From Lingula anatina (Eukaryota > Animalia > Brachiopoda), in contig CM120649.1 in the NCBI GenBank assembly GCA_051362555.1, positions 2,790,001-2,854,000 of the forward strand: 64,000 bases of DNA, given 5' to 3'. The notes under the pieces were generated by a model. It was not told the origin of the DNA and searched no databases. It saw nothing but the letters and a program-made list of their open reading frames with translations. Shown piece after piece: positions 49,201 to 61,120 of this stretch. The position numbers and the translations under genes are program-made. Each line of letters starts with the position of its first letter. Positions within the stretch are counted from its first letter, which is position 1.

Positions 49201-51253
49201 AACAATAACATGTAATTCCCCAGAGTAACCCAGTTTGTAAATTAATTAGTTCTAAATTGCATCCTGAAGCCAAACCTTAAAGTTTTTTTTTTTTTTTTTT
49301 TTCGGTTTTAATAAGAGGGACCACAGCTCTGACATCAGCCTGTCATTTACCAGGAACGCGCGTTATTTAAATTGTACGAATTCACATCTTTGCTAATTTT
49401 GTCTAGCGGGTAAACCTGCACAAGGATTACTTTTTCGAATTATACACATTTCTGCTATGGATTTTTTCCTGGAATTGCTGGTATTTGTCAGCTCTCCTGA
49501 AAATCCAATAATAATGTCAGCTTAACACAGACATGGCGACAACTCGGGAAGCGATTGCATGCTCCAGGACTTAACTGACATCTATTGCAGGTGTAATATT
49601 TCAATACATGGTGATGAGACAGCATGAAGGCATAATGATTTTAATAATTTTCCTTTGCAAAAATTTCAATTGTACAACCAATGGAGTAAAAGATAAAAAA
49701 AAAAAAACATTTAGGAAAAAATGATTGCTGATAAATTATGACACGTGAGAAAGGTGAGTTAGAAAAAATTGCTGGTTGGTTGAAGATGATAAATGCACAG
49801 ATTTCATTGATATTGCTGGTCTGATTTCACTCCTGCTTGGCACTGAGCCAGAAGATGACAAGTTCAACCCCTGACTATAAGCATCTTAAGATATTGCAGA
49901 ACCAACCTTATGCCATAATAATTATCAGTTTATTTTCAGCTACTTTAGATATATATGTAAAAACAAAAATAAGCATTCAGGCATGGTCAGTTCATGACTC
50001 CTATCTTCCAATTCAGTAGCAGCTAATATAAACTGATGTCTGGCATAACCGAGCTATAAAAAATATTATTGTTCCGTGCATTATATGGGTTTAATTGGGC
50101 AGATCATTAACAAAGATCACTACAGCCTTTTTTAATGCACCATCAGAGGCACTGTCCAAAGAAAAAAGAAAATATACGGGAATATTCAGATTATTGTGTT
50201 GTTCTGTCTAAGACTTGAGTAAACACGCCAATGGTACCCCCCCCCCCCCTCCCCCCTGGTCCTTAACTTGCTCTCAATTTAAATTAAAGAAAATAGACCT
50301 TAATCTCCAATTCAACGCGGGCCTTATTCATCCTAATAAAAACTAATTCTACGGATATCATGCCATGTCATATAATTAAGGAACCGCGGAGACGAGCTGC
50401 TCCATCAATCCAGGCACTGCACGCTTGGCGTTCAGGTTCCACGAATCCAATCCGTCATCTATTTCTCAATTACTTTTGCTTCTGAGTAATCAATTTCTTT
50501 TCATCACATTTTCTCTCCGAGATTTGCTCTCATAATTTCTCATGTAAAGAACAAACCGGTAATGACTTCCTAGAGCTTGGAATTTCGTGTGAATTAGTAA
50601 CATGATAAAACACAGCACTTTATCTTTTCCCCTTTCTTTTTTGTTCTTTCTACTGCACAACATGCAACATATCTTCATAAGACATAATTTAAGCCGTCTC
50701 ACTAAGGTGATAATCTACAGTGATAGTGTTTCTAAAGAAACACCATACTAAATGACCCAAATGACCTCCCCAAATGGCCGTATAATCAACCCATGCAGAC
50801 CCCACAATGACCCCAAGGCCCAAAAGTGACAATTTATGATCCCCAGAGTGACCTCCTCAACCCACCCACAGTGACCCCATACGACCTCCACAGTGACCCC
50901 ATTCAACTCCATAGTGACCCATACGATTCCCATATGATCTTATAAGTTTCTTTGGTGACCTCCTTAATCTCCATGGTGATCCTATACATCCCCATAGTGA
51001 CCCAAGAGGGTCACTGTGAACCTAGCCTATATATCTCATGCCTACAAATATATAAAAACATATTACATCTTCTAGTATTTTTTATTCATTCATTAATCGA
51101 ATACATATAACAGCTTCAATGACATCACTATAGCTAACTTAAAGAAACCACCCAGCAGTATCCCACCTTTGAACTGGTACATTTCCTCAGGTGGTGTACT
51201 GCTGGGCAGGTGACTGCCATAGCTTACCTTACACTGTCCTCCTCTTCAGGCAT
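30217..51253 (-). CDS. ARRB: Beta-arrestin, 418 aa reference isoform, complement join(51228..51253,43866..43896,43365..43425,42313..42554,41985..42044,40869..40936,40495..40630,40273..40357,38310..38382,34785..34931,34379..34465,32317..32457,30217..30316)
   Basis: [39 protein letters not shown] (finger loop), [31 protein letters not shown] (lariat), clathrin box LIQLD, AP-2 motif [15 protein letters not shown]. Every junction is GT-AG and phase-consistent, totalling 1257 nt. The choice of first exon is the least certain part. Confidence 0.95.
31078..31229. mobile_element. Short hairpin-type MITE
   Basis: CTGGGCTCCGTATCTCGAAAGGTTCGCTATGTTGC ... GCAACATAGCGAACCTTTCGAGATACGGAGCCCAG, a perfect 35-bp inverted repeat. 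Confidence 0.8.
31336..31562. mobile_element. Young MITE family A (GATCGATCT subterminal motif), intron 12 copy
   Basis: TA-flanked. Near-identical inverted copy at 41008-41204 plus 41753-41783, and further copies at 61121-61326 and 61425-61640. Confidence 0.85.
31811..31846 (-). CDS. ARRB: Possible beta-arrestin 36-nt cassette exon in the C-tail ([13 protein letters not shown])
   Basis: tttgtgcag|..CA|gtaact, phase 2/2, purine-rich and open. Splice sites are weak. Confidence 0.3.
32317..32457 (-). CDS. ARRB: Beta-arrestin exon 12 ([14 protein letters not shown])
   Basis: 141 nt, contains the clathrin box. Confidence 0.95.
33048..33250. mobile_element. Degenerate palindromic MITE
   Basis: ggcctcgttcacaaccagttgat ... 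atcaagtggttttgaacggggcc, with internal tcaaatatggcatg / catgccatatttga. Confidence 0.6.
33634..33663 (-). CDS. ARRB: Beta-arrestin C-edge cassette microexon ([10 protein letters not shown])
   Basis: 30 nt, phase 2/2, frame-preserving. Acceptor cttctgtctgtgttttctatatgtgcttacag, donor AAG|gtaaat. It lies at the position of the vertebrate ARRB1 LLGDLASS splice exon. Confidence 0.65.
33723..34214. mobile_element. Two adjacent palindromic MITEs (33723-34010, 34040-34214)
   Basis: GGCCATTCAGAAT ... ATTCTGAATGGCC termini, similar to 180-392. Confidence 0.7.
34379..34465 (-). CDS. ARRB: Beta-arrestin exon 11 ([28 protein letters not shown])
   Basis: 87 nt, phase 2/2. Confidence 0.95.
34484..34543. 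repeat. (ATAAT)n pentanucleotide microsatellite
   Basis: Read directly; lies about 20 nt upstream of the exon 11 acceptor. Confidence 0.95.
34785..34931 (-). CDS. ARRB: Beta-arrestin exon 10 (lariat loop)
   Basis: 147 nt, [26 protein letters not shown]. Confidence 0.95.
38310..38382 (-). CDS. ARRB: Beta-arrestin exon 9b, canonical ([25 protein letters not shown])
   Basis: 73 nt, ttctttctgcag| .. GA|gtaagt. Confidence 0.95.
39437..39509 (-). CDS. ARRB: Beta-arrestin exon 9a, divergent mutually exclusive duplicate ([25 protein letters not shown])
   Basis: 73 nt, same length and phases (1/2) as exon 9b. Strong acceptor ttaattttcag, donor GA|gtaagt, open frame, 14/25 aa identical to 9b. Confidence 0.85.
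40273..40357 (-). CDS. ARRB: Beta-arrestin exon 8 (KYYHGE..KVKIS)
   Basis: 85 nt, ends in phase 1. Confidence 0.95.
40495..40630 (-). CDS. ARRB: Beta-arrestin exon 7 ([18 protein letters not shown])
   Basis: 136 nt, GT-AG flanks. Confidence 0.95.
40869..40936 (-). CDS. ARRB: Beta-arrestin exon 6 ([15 protein letters not shown])
   Basis: 68 nt, GT-AG flanks. Confidence 0.95.
41008..41783. mobile_element. MITE family A copy interrupted by a nested element
   Basis: Joining 41008-41204 to 41755-41783 reconstitutes the reverse complement of 31336-31562. Confidence 0.85.
41205..41752. mobile_element. 548-bp nested non-autonomous DNA transposon with ~145-bp TIRs and TA TSD
   Basis: TA|AGAGCGGATTCTCAACGAATTAAGCCAGGCTTTACAAAGCCGG ... 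CCGGCTTTGTAAAGCCTGGCTTAATTCGTTGAGAATGCGCTCT|TA. Confidence 0.9.
41985..42044 (-). CDS. ARRB: Beta-arrestin exon 5 ([20 protein letters not shown])
   Basis: 60 nt, GT-AG flanks. Confidence 0.95.
42313..42554 (-). CDS. ARRB: Beta-arrestin exon 4 (finger loop)
   Basis: 242 nt within ORF 42202..42579. Confidence 0.97.
43365..43425 (-). CDS. ARRB: Beta-arrestin exon 3 ([20 protein letters not shown])
   Basis: 61 nt, GT-AG flanks. Confidence 0.95.
43866..43896 (-). CDS. ARRB: Beta-arrestin exon 2 ([10 protein letters not shown])
   Basis: 31 nt, ttttcag|A..AAA|gtaagt. Confidence 0.95.
44700..44731 (-). CDS. ARRB: Beta-arrestin alternative first exon candidate 1b ([11 protein letters not shown])
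   Basis: ATG with an upstream in-frame TGA, and a perfect GTAAGT donor in the phase (2) required by exon 2. TATA-like and CRE motifs lie upstream. Confidence 0.45.
44916..45265 (-). promoter_or_regulatory. CRE/ATF motif cluster and TATA-like box, candidate internal promoter
   Basis: TGACGTCA 45133-45140, TCACGTCA 45082-45089, TGACGTAA 45258-45265, TGATGTCA 45024-45031, TGACG 44972-44976, and TATATAG (minus strand) 44916-44922. Confidence 0.4.
45530..45866. mobile_element. Non-autonomous DNA transposon with TTAA TSD (Kolobok-like), copy 2
   Basis: Reverse complement of 6162-6497, with the same TIR and TTAA flanks. Confidence 0.85.
45908..46026. repeat. ~54-bp tandem repeat, about 2.3 units
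   Basis: catggtcacatgcacacatct..atcaggagca.tgttaca repeated. Confidence 0.8.
51228..51253 (-). CDS. ARRB: Beta-arrestin first coding exon candidate 1a (MPEEEDSVR)
   Basis: gacaacATG context and phase-2 donor AG|GTAAGC, restoring the conserved R-VFKK. Confidence 0.7.
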
Positions 51254-54200
51254 GTTGTCAATGGTCACTGCGCTGTGTTACTTGTATACAGAAATGATAT
51301 CACACATTATATTTATCAAGTCTTTTTTTCTCCACGGCGTATATCGTCTTACATCTGGCATCAAGAGAGGAAGTCACATGTATCATTCCCTGTTGGAATA
51401 ATTGTCATTTCACACATCTGTTAAACCCGTACTGTAATATGATCCCTGATGTAATAGATATTGTTCCAAAAGTGACTCTGCTTTATAAAAATCCAGTCTT
51501 ATTCTTTATCTTTTTTTAACTCCCTATACTTTGAATGCTGGCCAATAGTTCATCCTCAGGTAAGACATCATACATTACTACAAGGTTCATCAGGCTCAGC
51601 ATAATGTCAGAATTATACGAGGGTTCTGTGTATAATTATCATGGTTTTGTTTGTTCAAAAACATTTAGCGTATGACATGCTTGTCCAGTGGCAGCAGTCC
51701 GTGTGATATATGACCAATGCAAGCCTTTTCCCTGTTTTAACTTGTATAATACCAGGCAGTCACGCAACTCCTTGTAATTTACACTTAGCGACCCTTGTTC
51801 CCTAAAATTGTATAATGTTACCCTGCTCAGCCGAGTTAAAAATATACGACTGAAAAAAATTACAGAGCAGAATAAACAGTTACTGGTTATAATGAACATT
51901 CATTGACCTACGATCAGGCAGGACGCCAAAATCCTAAAACAGATCCTTATGGAATTGCCAGCCTCTTTCTCTGGAGTGCTAGCTAGAGTTTCTCTTTTAT
52001 TACAGCTTCTGAGAAATGGGAAGCAGTACGACTGCTGCTACAGCGTCATCGTCTCCGCAATCATGCTGCTATTCAATTTGATTTCTGTACACCGATCATC
52101 TGTATTGAGCAATTTCGTGTCAAGTCGCATGGTAGTGAAACCAATGAAATCCCTTTTGCAGTCTGTCTAGGAAGTCAGATTACAAAATAATCAGCAAAAT
52201 TATGACAGCTACTTGCTTTTTTTTTCACTGGTGATGGCAACCTGCACATTGAATTCCATGAGAATATACTGACTTTCAGTTACAAGAATAATACACACAC
52301 TGAGTTTCTTATTATTTCTTTCATCTCAACAACTCCTTGATTTCCTTGTCTCCTGAAAGGTTTTACAGGTCTCCACAAGCAAGCTTCTCTGTAAGAACTC
52401 AATATTTCAATGGTAGAAAATAATCTCAGTTGAGATTATTTTTCACCAACAACATATATACCTAAAACCCTTGTTACTCTATGCATATACGTCCTCTGTC
52501 AACTTTCCACTTAAGAATGGCACATGTGCCCTGATCATATACAATATATGCCCTATACTTATGCAGGTATATTTGTCACATGTGTCAGGTTGATGTGTAA
52601 CGGGTGTTTTAGCTGGTCTCCCATATACTTATACACTGTCAGTGTAAACCAAGGTTATATACGTGAGTGACACTGAGGACATTATCATACTGGTATAATT
52701 GTCAAACTAATATGTCAACTGGCTTTGTGACAGGTACGTAGAGGACTTCTTTTACAGACATAAATAATTTGATCACTTGAAAAATTGCAACTTCCTCACT
52801 TCTTCTACTATTTTACTCTTACAAGATAGATAGATCTCTTTTAAGAAACTCACTTAGATGCGCTTACTAGTACTCTCATTTTATACAAACTGTTCAAATC
52901 TTATGCATCAACATTTTAAAATTTTTGTCAGTAAATACAAGGAGGGGGGAGGGAGAGAGGAATTACCAACTTATTTTGTTCAAATTTACGGAATAAATAC
53001 CGTACTAATGCACTGCCGGCATGTGCTCACAAAGGTTATAAACAATTCTCGTGTGACGTCTCATCACCATCATCTACAATGTTTTCCAAGATTTCTGCAG
53101 GTTCACAGAGTCCTTTATCTGAAAAGCCATTGCTCTCATACCAACTGTATACATACAGATATTTGCAGTATTAGATTCAGGCCTAATCGAAATTAGACTT
53201 TTCCCACTTCTGAGTAAAATCACTGCCAACTGTGATATCTCATTTATTTCAGCTTGAGAAGATGCAGACTAAATGCACTGGGTAATTCCTGCTTATTTGA
53301 ACAATTAAGCACTGATTTGGTGAAAATTTGGTGTAATTTAGGTCAGAGAATTATCTTGAAATGAGCCAAGTTCACACTTCCATAGCTACACAATAGTGTG
53401 GACACCTGTGTCTTCAACAATTTACCTTCAAACATAGCAATTCACTTCTGTTTATTATTAGTATTTCCCCAGGCTATAGATGTTGCCTGCTAAATGCATT
53501 ATGTGTGTATATATTATATTGTATCTTTACTTGTAAGACACATATCTAAACACCAACTTCATGACTCCTGAGCATACAGTACTGCCAGTTTTCCTAGCTA
53601 TTAATACGACACAACTTAGAAGTCCAGCTTGGTCCGCAGCAGCCTTATATTCATCCCCTCCAGAAAGAAAACCATCAACAGCTACATTCGCCGTGATATT
53701 AGATGTCCTTATTGGAAAATGCGAAGAACTGATTCACTGGTTTAGAAAAGTGAGATCCTGGATTCCGTATTCTCTAACCTGCGGCTTGACACTGCCGGGT
53801 GAAGTCAACGTTAATGTCCTTTTTTAATAGCAAATTCTATCAAAAGTACATCCCCTATATCCCTTTAGGCCTTCTACTTGGTAAATGCGTAGAAGTCATT
53901 CCCTGGTTACGCACTAAGCAGACTGGGATGCCATGTATTATCTCTTACTATAGCTGTGGCTACCACTGCATGCTGACAGTTCTTATAAATCACATTTTAA
54001 ATGACAAATTTTGTGTCATCTCTTGCTTTCTCTTTCCATTCACTGCCACAGCAGAGGGTAAGATTCTCTCAGCTATGTAACCAGGATGTGGTCACTTAGT
54101 GGTCTCTTTCTGGTCAGTCTCTCTTTCTGACTGGGTTCCCTTCCCTAGATCGATCTAACTGAATCAGTTCATCTCCCAGAATCTCCTTGGAGATAGTTCG

Positions 54201-54917
54201 ATCCAAAGTTAGTATGATAGGCTCTGGGAATGATCTCCCTCCCTCTCTCTCTCTCTCACCCTGTATGAACTTAAGTAAACAAACACAGGCTTTTAATACT
54301 GCCTCTCTGCAGGTACCCTATGTCTTATTAATCCAGGCCAGATTAATTCTGTCTCTCGCAGTGAGTTCGTGTATCTGTATTTATCTCTTCCCCAGGTGGG
54401 GTTTTCTTTGACAAGGGGGCTGCATTTCACTAAAGGACTTTGACCCCAAAAATTGGTCTAAACTTTAAGACCATATTTTTAGCCTACTTGGACATAAGAT
54501 AGATCAATACTGACTTAATTGGACTGAATTTCTATTTCTAGTAGACTTATTTTTTATCGCAAAGTTTAGGCCAATATGAGATTAAAGATCTTTTAGGAAA
54601 TATGAGGGCCCTTAGATCGACAAAAGTGCTTTGCAAAGGGTTTTTGTGGTGAGACAGAATGGGTCTGTATTCTTCCTTAACCTCAAGCAGTATTATAAAT
54701 AAACAAGGTGAAGCTTTGTTAACTCTGTATAAAGGTAAGACTTGTATTTTAAGCTAGCAACTGCAACTTGATTCTTCTTCACACTTAACATACAATCTTC
54801 GGGCTTCCTAGTTCAGTTGCAGTATAAAGCTTTCCATGGTTATATAACTTGATCCAGGGTGTACAAAATCTAACCTTGTTTATCTATAAGACTATACCTG
54901 GATCCACATTAAATTAC

Positions 54918-54980
54918 ACCTCTCTGAAGAAGACTGCATTTTCTTGAGGCTCTTGTCGAAACAAGCACTGAGAATAAAAA
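54918..54980 (+). other. Degenerate hammerhead-ribozyme-like core (possible Penelope-like retroelement remnant)
   Basis: CTGAAGA-A-GAC..GTC-GAAAC followed by AATAAA. The helix III and cleavage triplet are not intact. Confidence 0.35.
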
Positions 54981-57900
54981 GTCCTTCAGTTTCACTTATC
55001 CCAACCTTTGCAATATCTCCGTTCCTAATACTCCAATATCATAGTACAATTTCCTAGGGCTTAATAACTGAGCTCTTTGGGCTTTCTTCTAAGCAACAAT
55101 ACCTTTAATATCCTGTGTGCTTCCTTCAAAAAACAGTTCTATCTCTGAAGATATATAATATATATTTTTTGCCTTAGCTGAACAATATTGTTTACATCCT
55201 CAGTGGGCAAATAAAACAAGGCCCTGATCCCTCCATTTCCATTGTGAGTTTACACACGCACTTCAAATCTTTTCAATAATCCAGGTCCATTATCCAAATA
55301 CAACGCAATAATTCCTGTAATCACAGCAGAATATATTGCCTTGGGCTGCGTGTTTACTCCAGGTAAAGTTCAATCTCGTCATTCCCTGTAAATTAAAGGC
55401 GCTGACTATGTAGCTAGTCAAATAGCCTCTCCTCTGGCAAAAACACTAAACAACACGCATAACCAAGATTGCAAATGCTTCCTCTAACAGATCAGACAGA
55501 AGATACTCATTAACCAAAGCTCTTAATTATTATTCCTCGTATCTACAACCATGGAACCTTTCCCGATGCAGTGCAAAACATGCAGCTGAAATAGTAAAGC
55601 TCCTTTGGTGAACACTGAGAGGTATTTCCCCTACTAAGATATATACTGCAGGTACTGAATTTTTTCTCCTAGGGCAGCTGACATTTACAGGAGATCCCTC
55701 CAGCTCCAATTAAACATGCATGTGTGTATAGGTACATCTAGCCCTGACTTCTTGTGTGTATATTCCTCTAGCTCTAAAGTAACAGCGCCAAGGTAAACAA
55801 ATCCCTAACGCTGGCCTCGCCCTCACTGTCCCCATTACCTTGGGCCTTCCAGGCCTAATATACTGTGAAACAGAGGAATGTAATCTCTTAAAGCCCGCTA
55901 CAACATGGCCATGGCCAGCAGGAAAGCTTAGTGTTTACGGTAATTGTTCTTTAGATTTGAACAAGATGAGTTAATACACCCCCTCAAAAAAATCTCTTTT
56001 TAATTGTTAGCATTATTTACAATGCTCAGCTGATGCCAAATTTTTAAGAAGTAAGTTGGGTTTGTGTCGGAAGTACATAGTTGTGAGTGTTTGAAAAAAA
56101 ATACTAATAAAACTCAATAACTAAAATAATGAGCAAAAGTGCCTTCAAAAAATCAGAGTATTTACCGTATTTCCGCCAATCAATATCTGTGATACATTTC
56201 ATGTCTTGGCACTTCCTGGTGTTGCCGCAATTAGCGCCTTTTACATGATCTAATACTGGACTTGTTGCACACTACAGTACAGCTCACTGTTGGGTTCTCA
56301 CAGCAAATTTCTTCTTGCCACATGCTATGAGTTAAGTGAAATATACTGCTGACCTACTTCATACATTGACCATTATTTTCAATCTACATATATATATACC
56401 ACTATTTTTCATCCAACTACTATTATATAATATACCAGTATTATAAATCCACATTTACCAGTAATTTTGATCTAGGAGTACCATTATTTTCAACCACAGG
56501 TACCATAATTTTTAATCCACGTAAGCCTTTATTACAGTTCGCAAAGTACAAAACATGAAAATATTCAATGTGCACTTTTAACCTTAAACACTATAAGAAA
56601 AACTCGGCATTTTTGCGTAGATTAACATTATTGATAGTGACTCTGCCAAATATTTCTATCATGTCTTTAATATATACCTGGATGCTCTCTTGTTTTAACT
56701 GTATTCTGCTGCTATGTTAATGTTTACCCCGAGAGTCACAGGTAACTGGCAAGTTACCTTTATAAATAGTGGAAATTACAGAGGCGTGCTGATAGAGTGA
56801 AAGTCACTGGAGAAACTCAGGGTATTTTTGACACTTTTACATATACTTATTCTGATATGAAGAGGTATATTTTGAAGATGATTTTCAAGTAATGAAAAAT
56901 AATACAAGTATGTTGTACTTTATCCGCTCTAGCTTATTTTTCAATGCTAATACCAATTTAAGTTTTGCATTTTGTAGTCTTCAAACTGCAAATACTAATT
57001 TCCCTAAGTCAAAAAGGGGAAACAAATATTTTTTAAAATCAGTGTTCCTGTTGTTGTTTTTCCTTAAGCCAAAATGATATCACTATCAATTTGCAAATAA
57101 GACATGCCCAGGTAATATTGTAATTTTAAAAATACCAAAATATTTAGTTTTAAATATTGGACCATAACTGGATTATTTTGGTCAAGTTTAGGTTTAATTT
57201 TGGTCGGAAAGATTTTTTTTTTTGGCTTTAGTTCCTTTTTTCTGGCACAGGACCCCTGTTATTAGCCAGAAGACCCTGCTGTTTTTTTTTCCTTGAGCGT
57301 CTTCCACAAATATTTATCCTCATTTTCTGATGCCCATTGTTTAAAGAGTGCAGACTTTCCTAATCAAATTCTTAACAAGTTTCTAGCCATGCCATCTATA
57401 CTTTTGTTTATAAATACTTTTTTGTTACAGTTTGTAAATGTTTTAAAGCAGAAAGTGAAGTGTTTATGTGTATTTAATTCATCCAAATCAAAACCATCTT
57501 TTTCAGCTCTTCCAGAATGACTTAATGAATATGGTATTGACTATTCAGTCTAGAAATTTGAATAACATGAACTGATAACCCCACCCCCAAAGAAAAAAGT
57601 TTTGTGAGTAACATCTGGCAAAGTTAAACTGGCAACATGTCAGAATGTATATTTTTGCAAGTGTCTAAAAATGATAAACTCTGAATAATGAAAAAAAATT
57701 GAAAAAAAAAAAGACATTTGACAATTGTAAGCAACAGGACAATCAGTTTAGATCTCTACATGTCTTTGGAAAACATGTTTTCTGGTTGTTATAGAACTTT
57801 CTTTTGGCTCCTAGCTGCAAGGGGTAATGTATCCAACTTTTTTCAATCTTAAAACCTAGACAATTGTAGGTTGAAAAGGAATTGGAAACAATGGAACCAA

Positions 57901-59449
57901 GTTGTCAACACGGCTCTTTCTTAGAAATTTGAATCATTATGATATATTCTTTGTCATTTCTTTTTTTTACGTCATATTTTTCATCTCTCTAAGTCTGTGG
58001 ATGTAGAAGACATGTATTTATAGCAACCTCCCTTTGACTTGAGATTTCTTTTCAGTCCAAAACCTTATAATCCTAGCAGTAAGTAAGGACATAATATCTT
58101 CTTACTTTAAATTCTCACCACTTTAATACTTTCCAGCGAAGCACTGACGTCAGTTATAATCTTTGACACCTTGGTGAATGGCAAAATCACCCCATTTGAC
58201 ATAACATTTCCTCTAGTCTTTAATTTCCTGATACAATTAACGCCTTTAAATCATTTTGAATAAATGACGATGTTCTGAAGCAAAATGAGTTTATTTCAGT
58301 TTCAACATCACTGCGGACTTTTATGTTTTATGTAGTCTTTTTATACATTTGTCCATAGGGAGTATAAACACAAAGGAACCCATTAACATACATAAACATC
58401 ATTTAAAACCCCAGAGCAATAATTAACTAAACTATTATTGACATATTTCTATATAATATATTGACAATGTTGATATGGAGTAATTTCCATGCTTTCTCCA
58501 TTTAAAAATAAAATTGCAAATTCCTCTTTTTCAAAGCAGAAAACTGATCAGTCCGTGGCAAGAATTGGTGACAAATATGCCTTTATTTAATATTTTCTCG
58601 GTTGTAAAAATACCTTCTTCTTGTTCTAAGACCACTTTCTGACCACAAGACTTATCTACATTCTAATTCTACACAAAACCACTGAAAAGGTCGAATTACC
58701 ACAATCAATCAATCATATTTATCCACCGCAGCCGAGTCTAATGTGTCCTTGCTTGGCGATGACATACGTAACTGACATATTGGATTGGCCACAGAAACTA
58801 AATTTACACCACGTCATAGCAAAACTGGTGAAAAATATCAATTCTTTTCTTAAACCAAGCCAAACTGAACTGTCTTCAGTGCTAAGCTGAAATCATTATC
58901 GTATCTTGGCACATTCTAGAATAAAGATAGTAATTCTTGCCAGATGCTTACATTTGGCAAGGCAGAATGTAAAAAAGAATTATTTCAGCAACATGTAATT
59001 TCACAACTTGATAATGTAGACCGTTTTGGCTGAAATCATCTCTCTCTCTCCACATGTAAACAGGCTCCGAGACCTAAAGGTGAACTGAATGCATGCTGTT
59101 GCACTATAGTACAACAAATTTCAGCCATATGCTTAAAATATTCTAATTTGATTGCTTTAAAATGAAACCCTACTTTTGCTTAGTGCAGCACCAACTTTGT
59201 TAAAGCAAGAACAATATTTGCGAAAAAAATATCTTGCGAAAAAATCTTTCTTTTCCCCAAGGATAGGGTAAATAAGGACAACATGAACTGACTTATGAAC
59301 TGAGTGACATCACTTCATCCACAGGAGCAACTAATCCTTCAGATTATCTGGTGTATATATCTTGCTTCTAAATCACACATACTGAGGCAAACACTGCGTC
59401 ACTGGCACTGAGAAAGATAATCCCGTCCAAGTCGACTGCCCTGAGTTTA

Positions 59450-59700
59450 AGGGACCATTCCCAGACCCTATCGCACTAACAGTGGATCGATCTATCTCCA
59501 AGGGGATTCTCACTAAATTGCAATCAACTTAAGCTGCTTAGATGTCTGTCATGCCTACTGAAGCTGCTAAGGGGTAATTAATTATCGTTTAGCAGCTTCA
59601 GTAGGCATGCCAGACATCTAAGCCACTTAAGCTGAAAGCAATTTAGCAAGATACCCCTCGGAGATGGATTGATTCTGTTAGATCTATCTAGCTATGAGGA
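59450..59700. mobile_element. Fold-back MITE related to family A
   Basis: cttagatgtctgtcatgcctactgaagctgctaa / ttagcagcttcagtaggcatgccagacatctaag arms around a TAATTAATTA centre. Confidence 0.75.
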
Positions 59701-60892
59701 CCCAGAGTTGAAGTTTCACAGAGCCTGGCCTCTGCATGCCTCATCGGAAAATCTCTCATCATTTTTACCTGTCTCCTTTGGACTATTTGCAAATATTCTG
59801 TGCAATTTTTTGCCGCAGGTTTTACTAGATCAAGACCTTATGCTTGTTTATTTAGCTACCTTCCGATGTGTGGGCAAATTACATCATTTCTACATCAAGA
59901 TTTTTTTTTTTAATCTTTGTAGGAAATTATATCCTGTCAGATCAATAGAGTCCATGCCAAGATTTCTGACATTTACTAAGACATAAAAAGTGAACTCGTA
60001 CCAAAACGGACGCTATGCATCTTTATATAACATCTTGTAGAGTCTGATGTATTATTGATCCAAAATCTTTGCAATTTAAGGCTGCATGTTACCAAGACAA
60101 GGACTGAGCTCGTTTAAAGTACACTGCAATAGGGGTTTGTCATCTACATGTAATCATTTCTAGTCTACGGATTTACATGCATTTATGCGCCATTTTATTA
60201 GGAATAAGATCTGTATGCTTTTGCCAGGTCATGGGGTGCAAATGTTACAAAAGAAATTATATTTATAATCTCATGAGAAATTTAAACGATACATCATGTC
60301 TTGAGCAATAGAAGATAATCCAAAATAATCTTTTTCCGAGAAGTAGTATGAAAAGATGTCAAGACTGAAACCAATTCTAAACCAGCACATCTGTTCTTAG
60401 GGAAGAAGTACTACCTGTAACACCCTACAATATATATCTATCCCTTTGTTCTATTCCCCTCTATATAATAACAAGCATTTGCCTGACTGTGTAAAGATTT
60501 TCTACACTTACTCACTTTTTATCTACCTGGATATCATTTTTGAAATAAATCCACAGGAAGGTAACTCCAGAGCTCTCCCTGTTCTAATTTCTTCTAAATC
60601 ATTTCTATTAATTTCATGATTCCAGGCGGGAAGAAGGAAGTTATGTGGAGACACCCTCGATGGAAATTGTTTCCAATTCCTCAAAGATGTGACATGGGTG
60701 GTCTATTATGTCCAATTACCAGACAATCCAGGTGAAATTTATACCAAAGCTAGAAAAAAATAGTGTTCAGTTTCCCCAAAGAACAATCCTACATAAGAAG
60801 AAAAAAAAATTATCATCTGCATTTTCTTCTAGGGACTAAATTTTTAAATAATGACCCAATAGTGGCAATACGTATCTGTGCCACTGCAAGTA

Positions 60893-61118
60893 AGACTCCC
60901 TTCACATGAAAAATCTATTTTTCTAAAAATCTATTTTCTATTCGCGGTATCTTGTGATCACTCCGAGCACAGCTGAGAATTAATTACAGCTTTGGAAGTA
61001 ACTGGCTTGCGCTGCCAGTAATTATGCAGCAGGGTATTCAGGGCACAGACCGTGATCACAAGATACCGTGAATAGAAAATAGATTTTTAGAAAATAGACT
61101 TGTCATGTGAACAGAGCC
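60893..61118. mobile_element. Palindromic MITE
   Basis: ttcacatga..tctattttctattcgcggtatcttgtgatcac / gtgatcacaagataccgtgaatagaaaatag..tcatgtgaa, TA-flanked. Confidence 0.8.
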
Positions 61119-61120
61119 TA

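Noticed and set aside
53540-53970. SINE-like degenerate sequence and ORFs 53561+ and 53799+
   Set aside because: No second copy in the window and no clear Pol III boxes or protein motifs.
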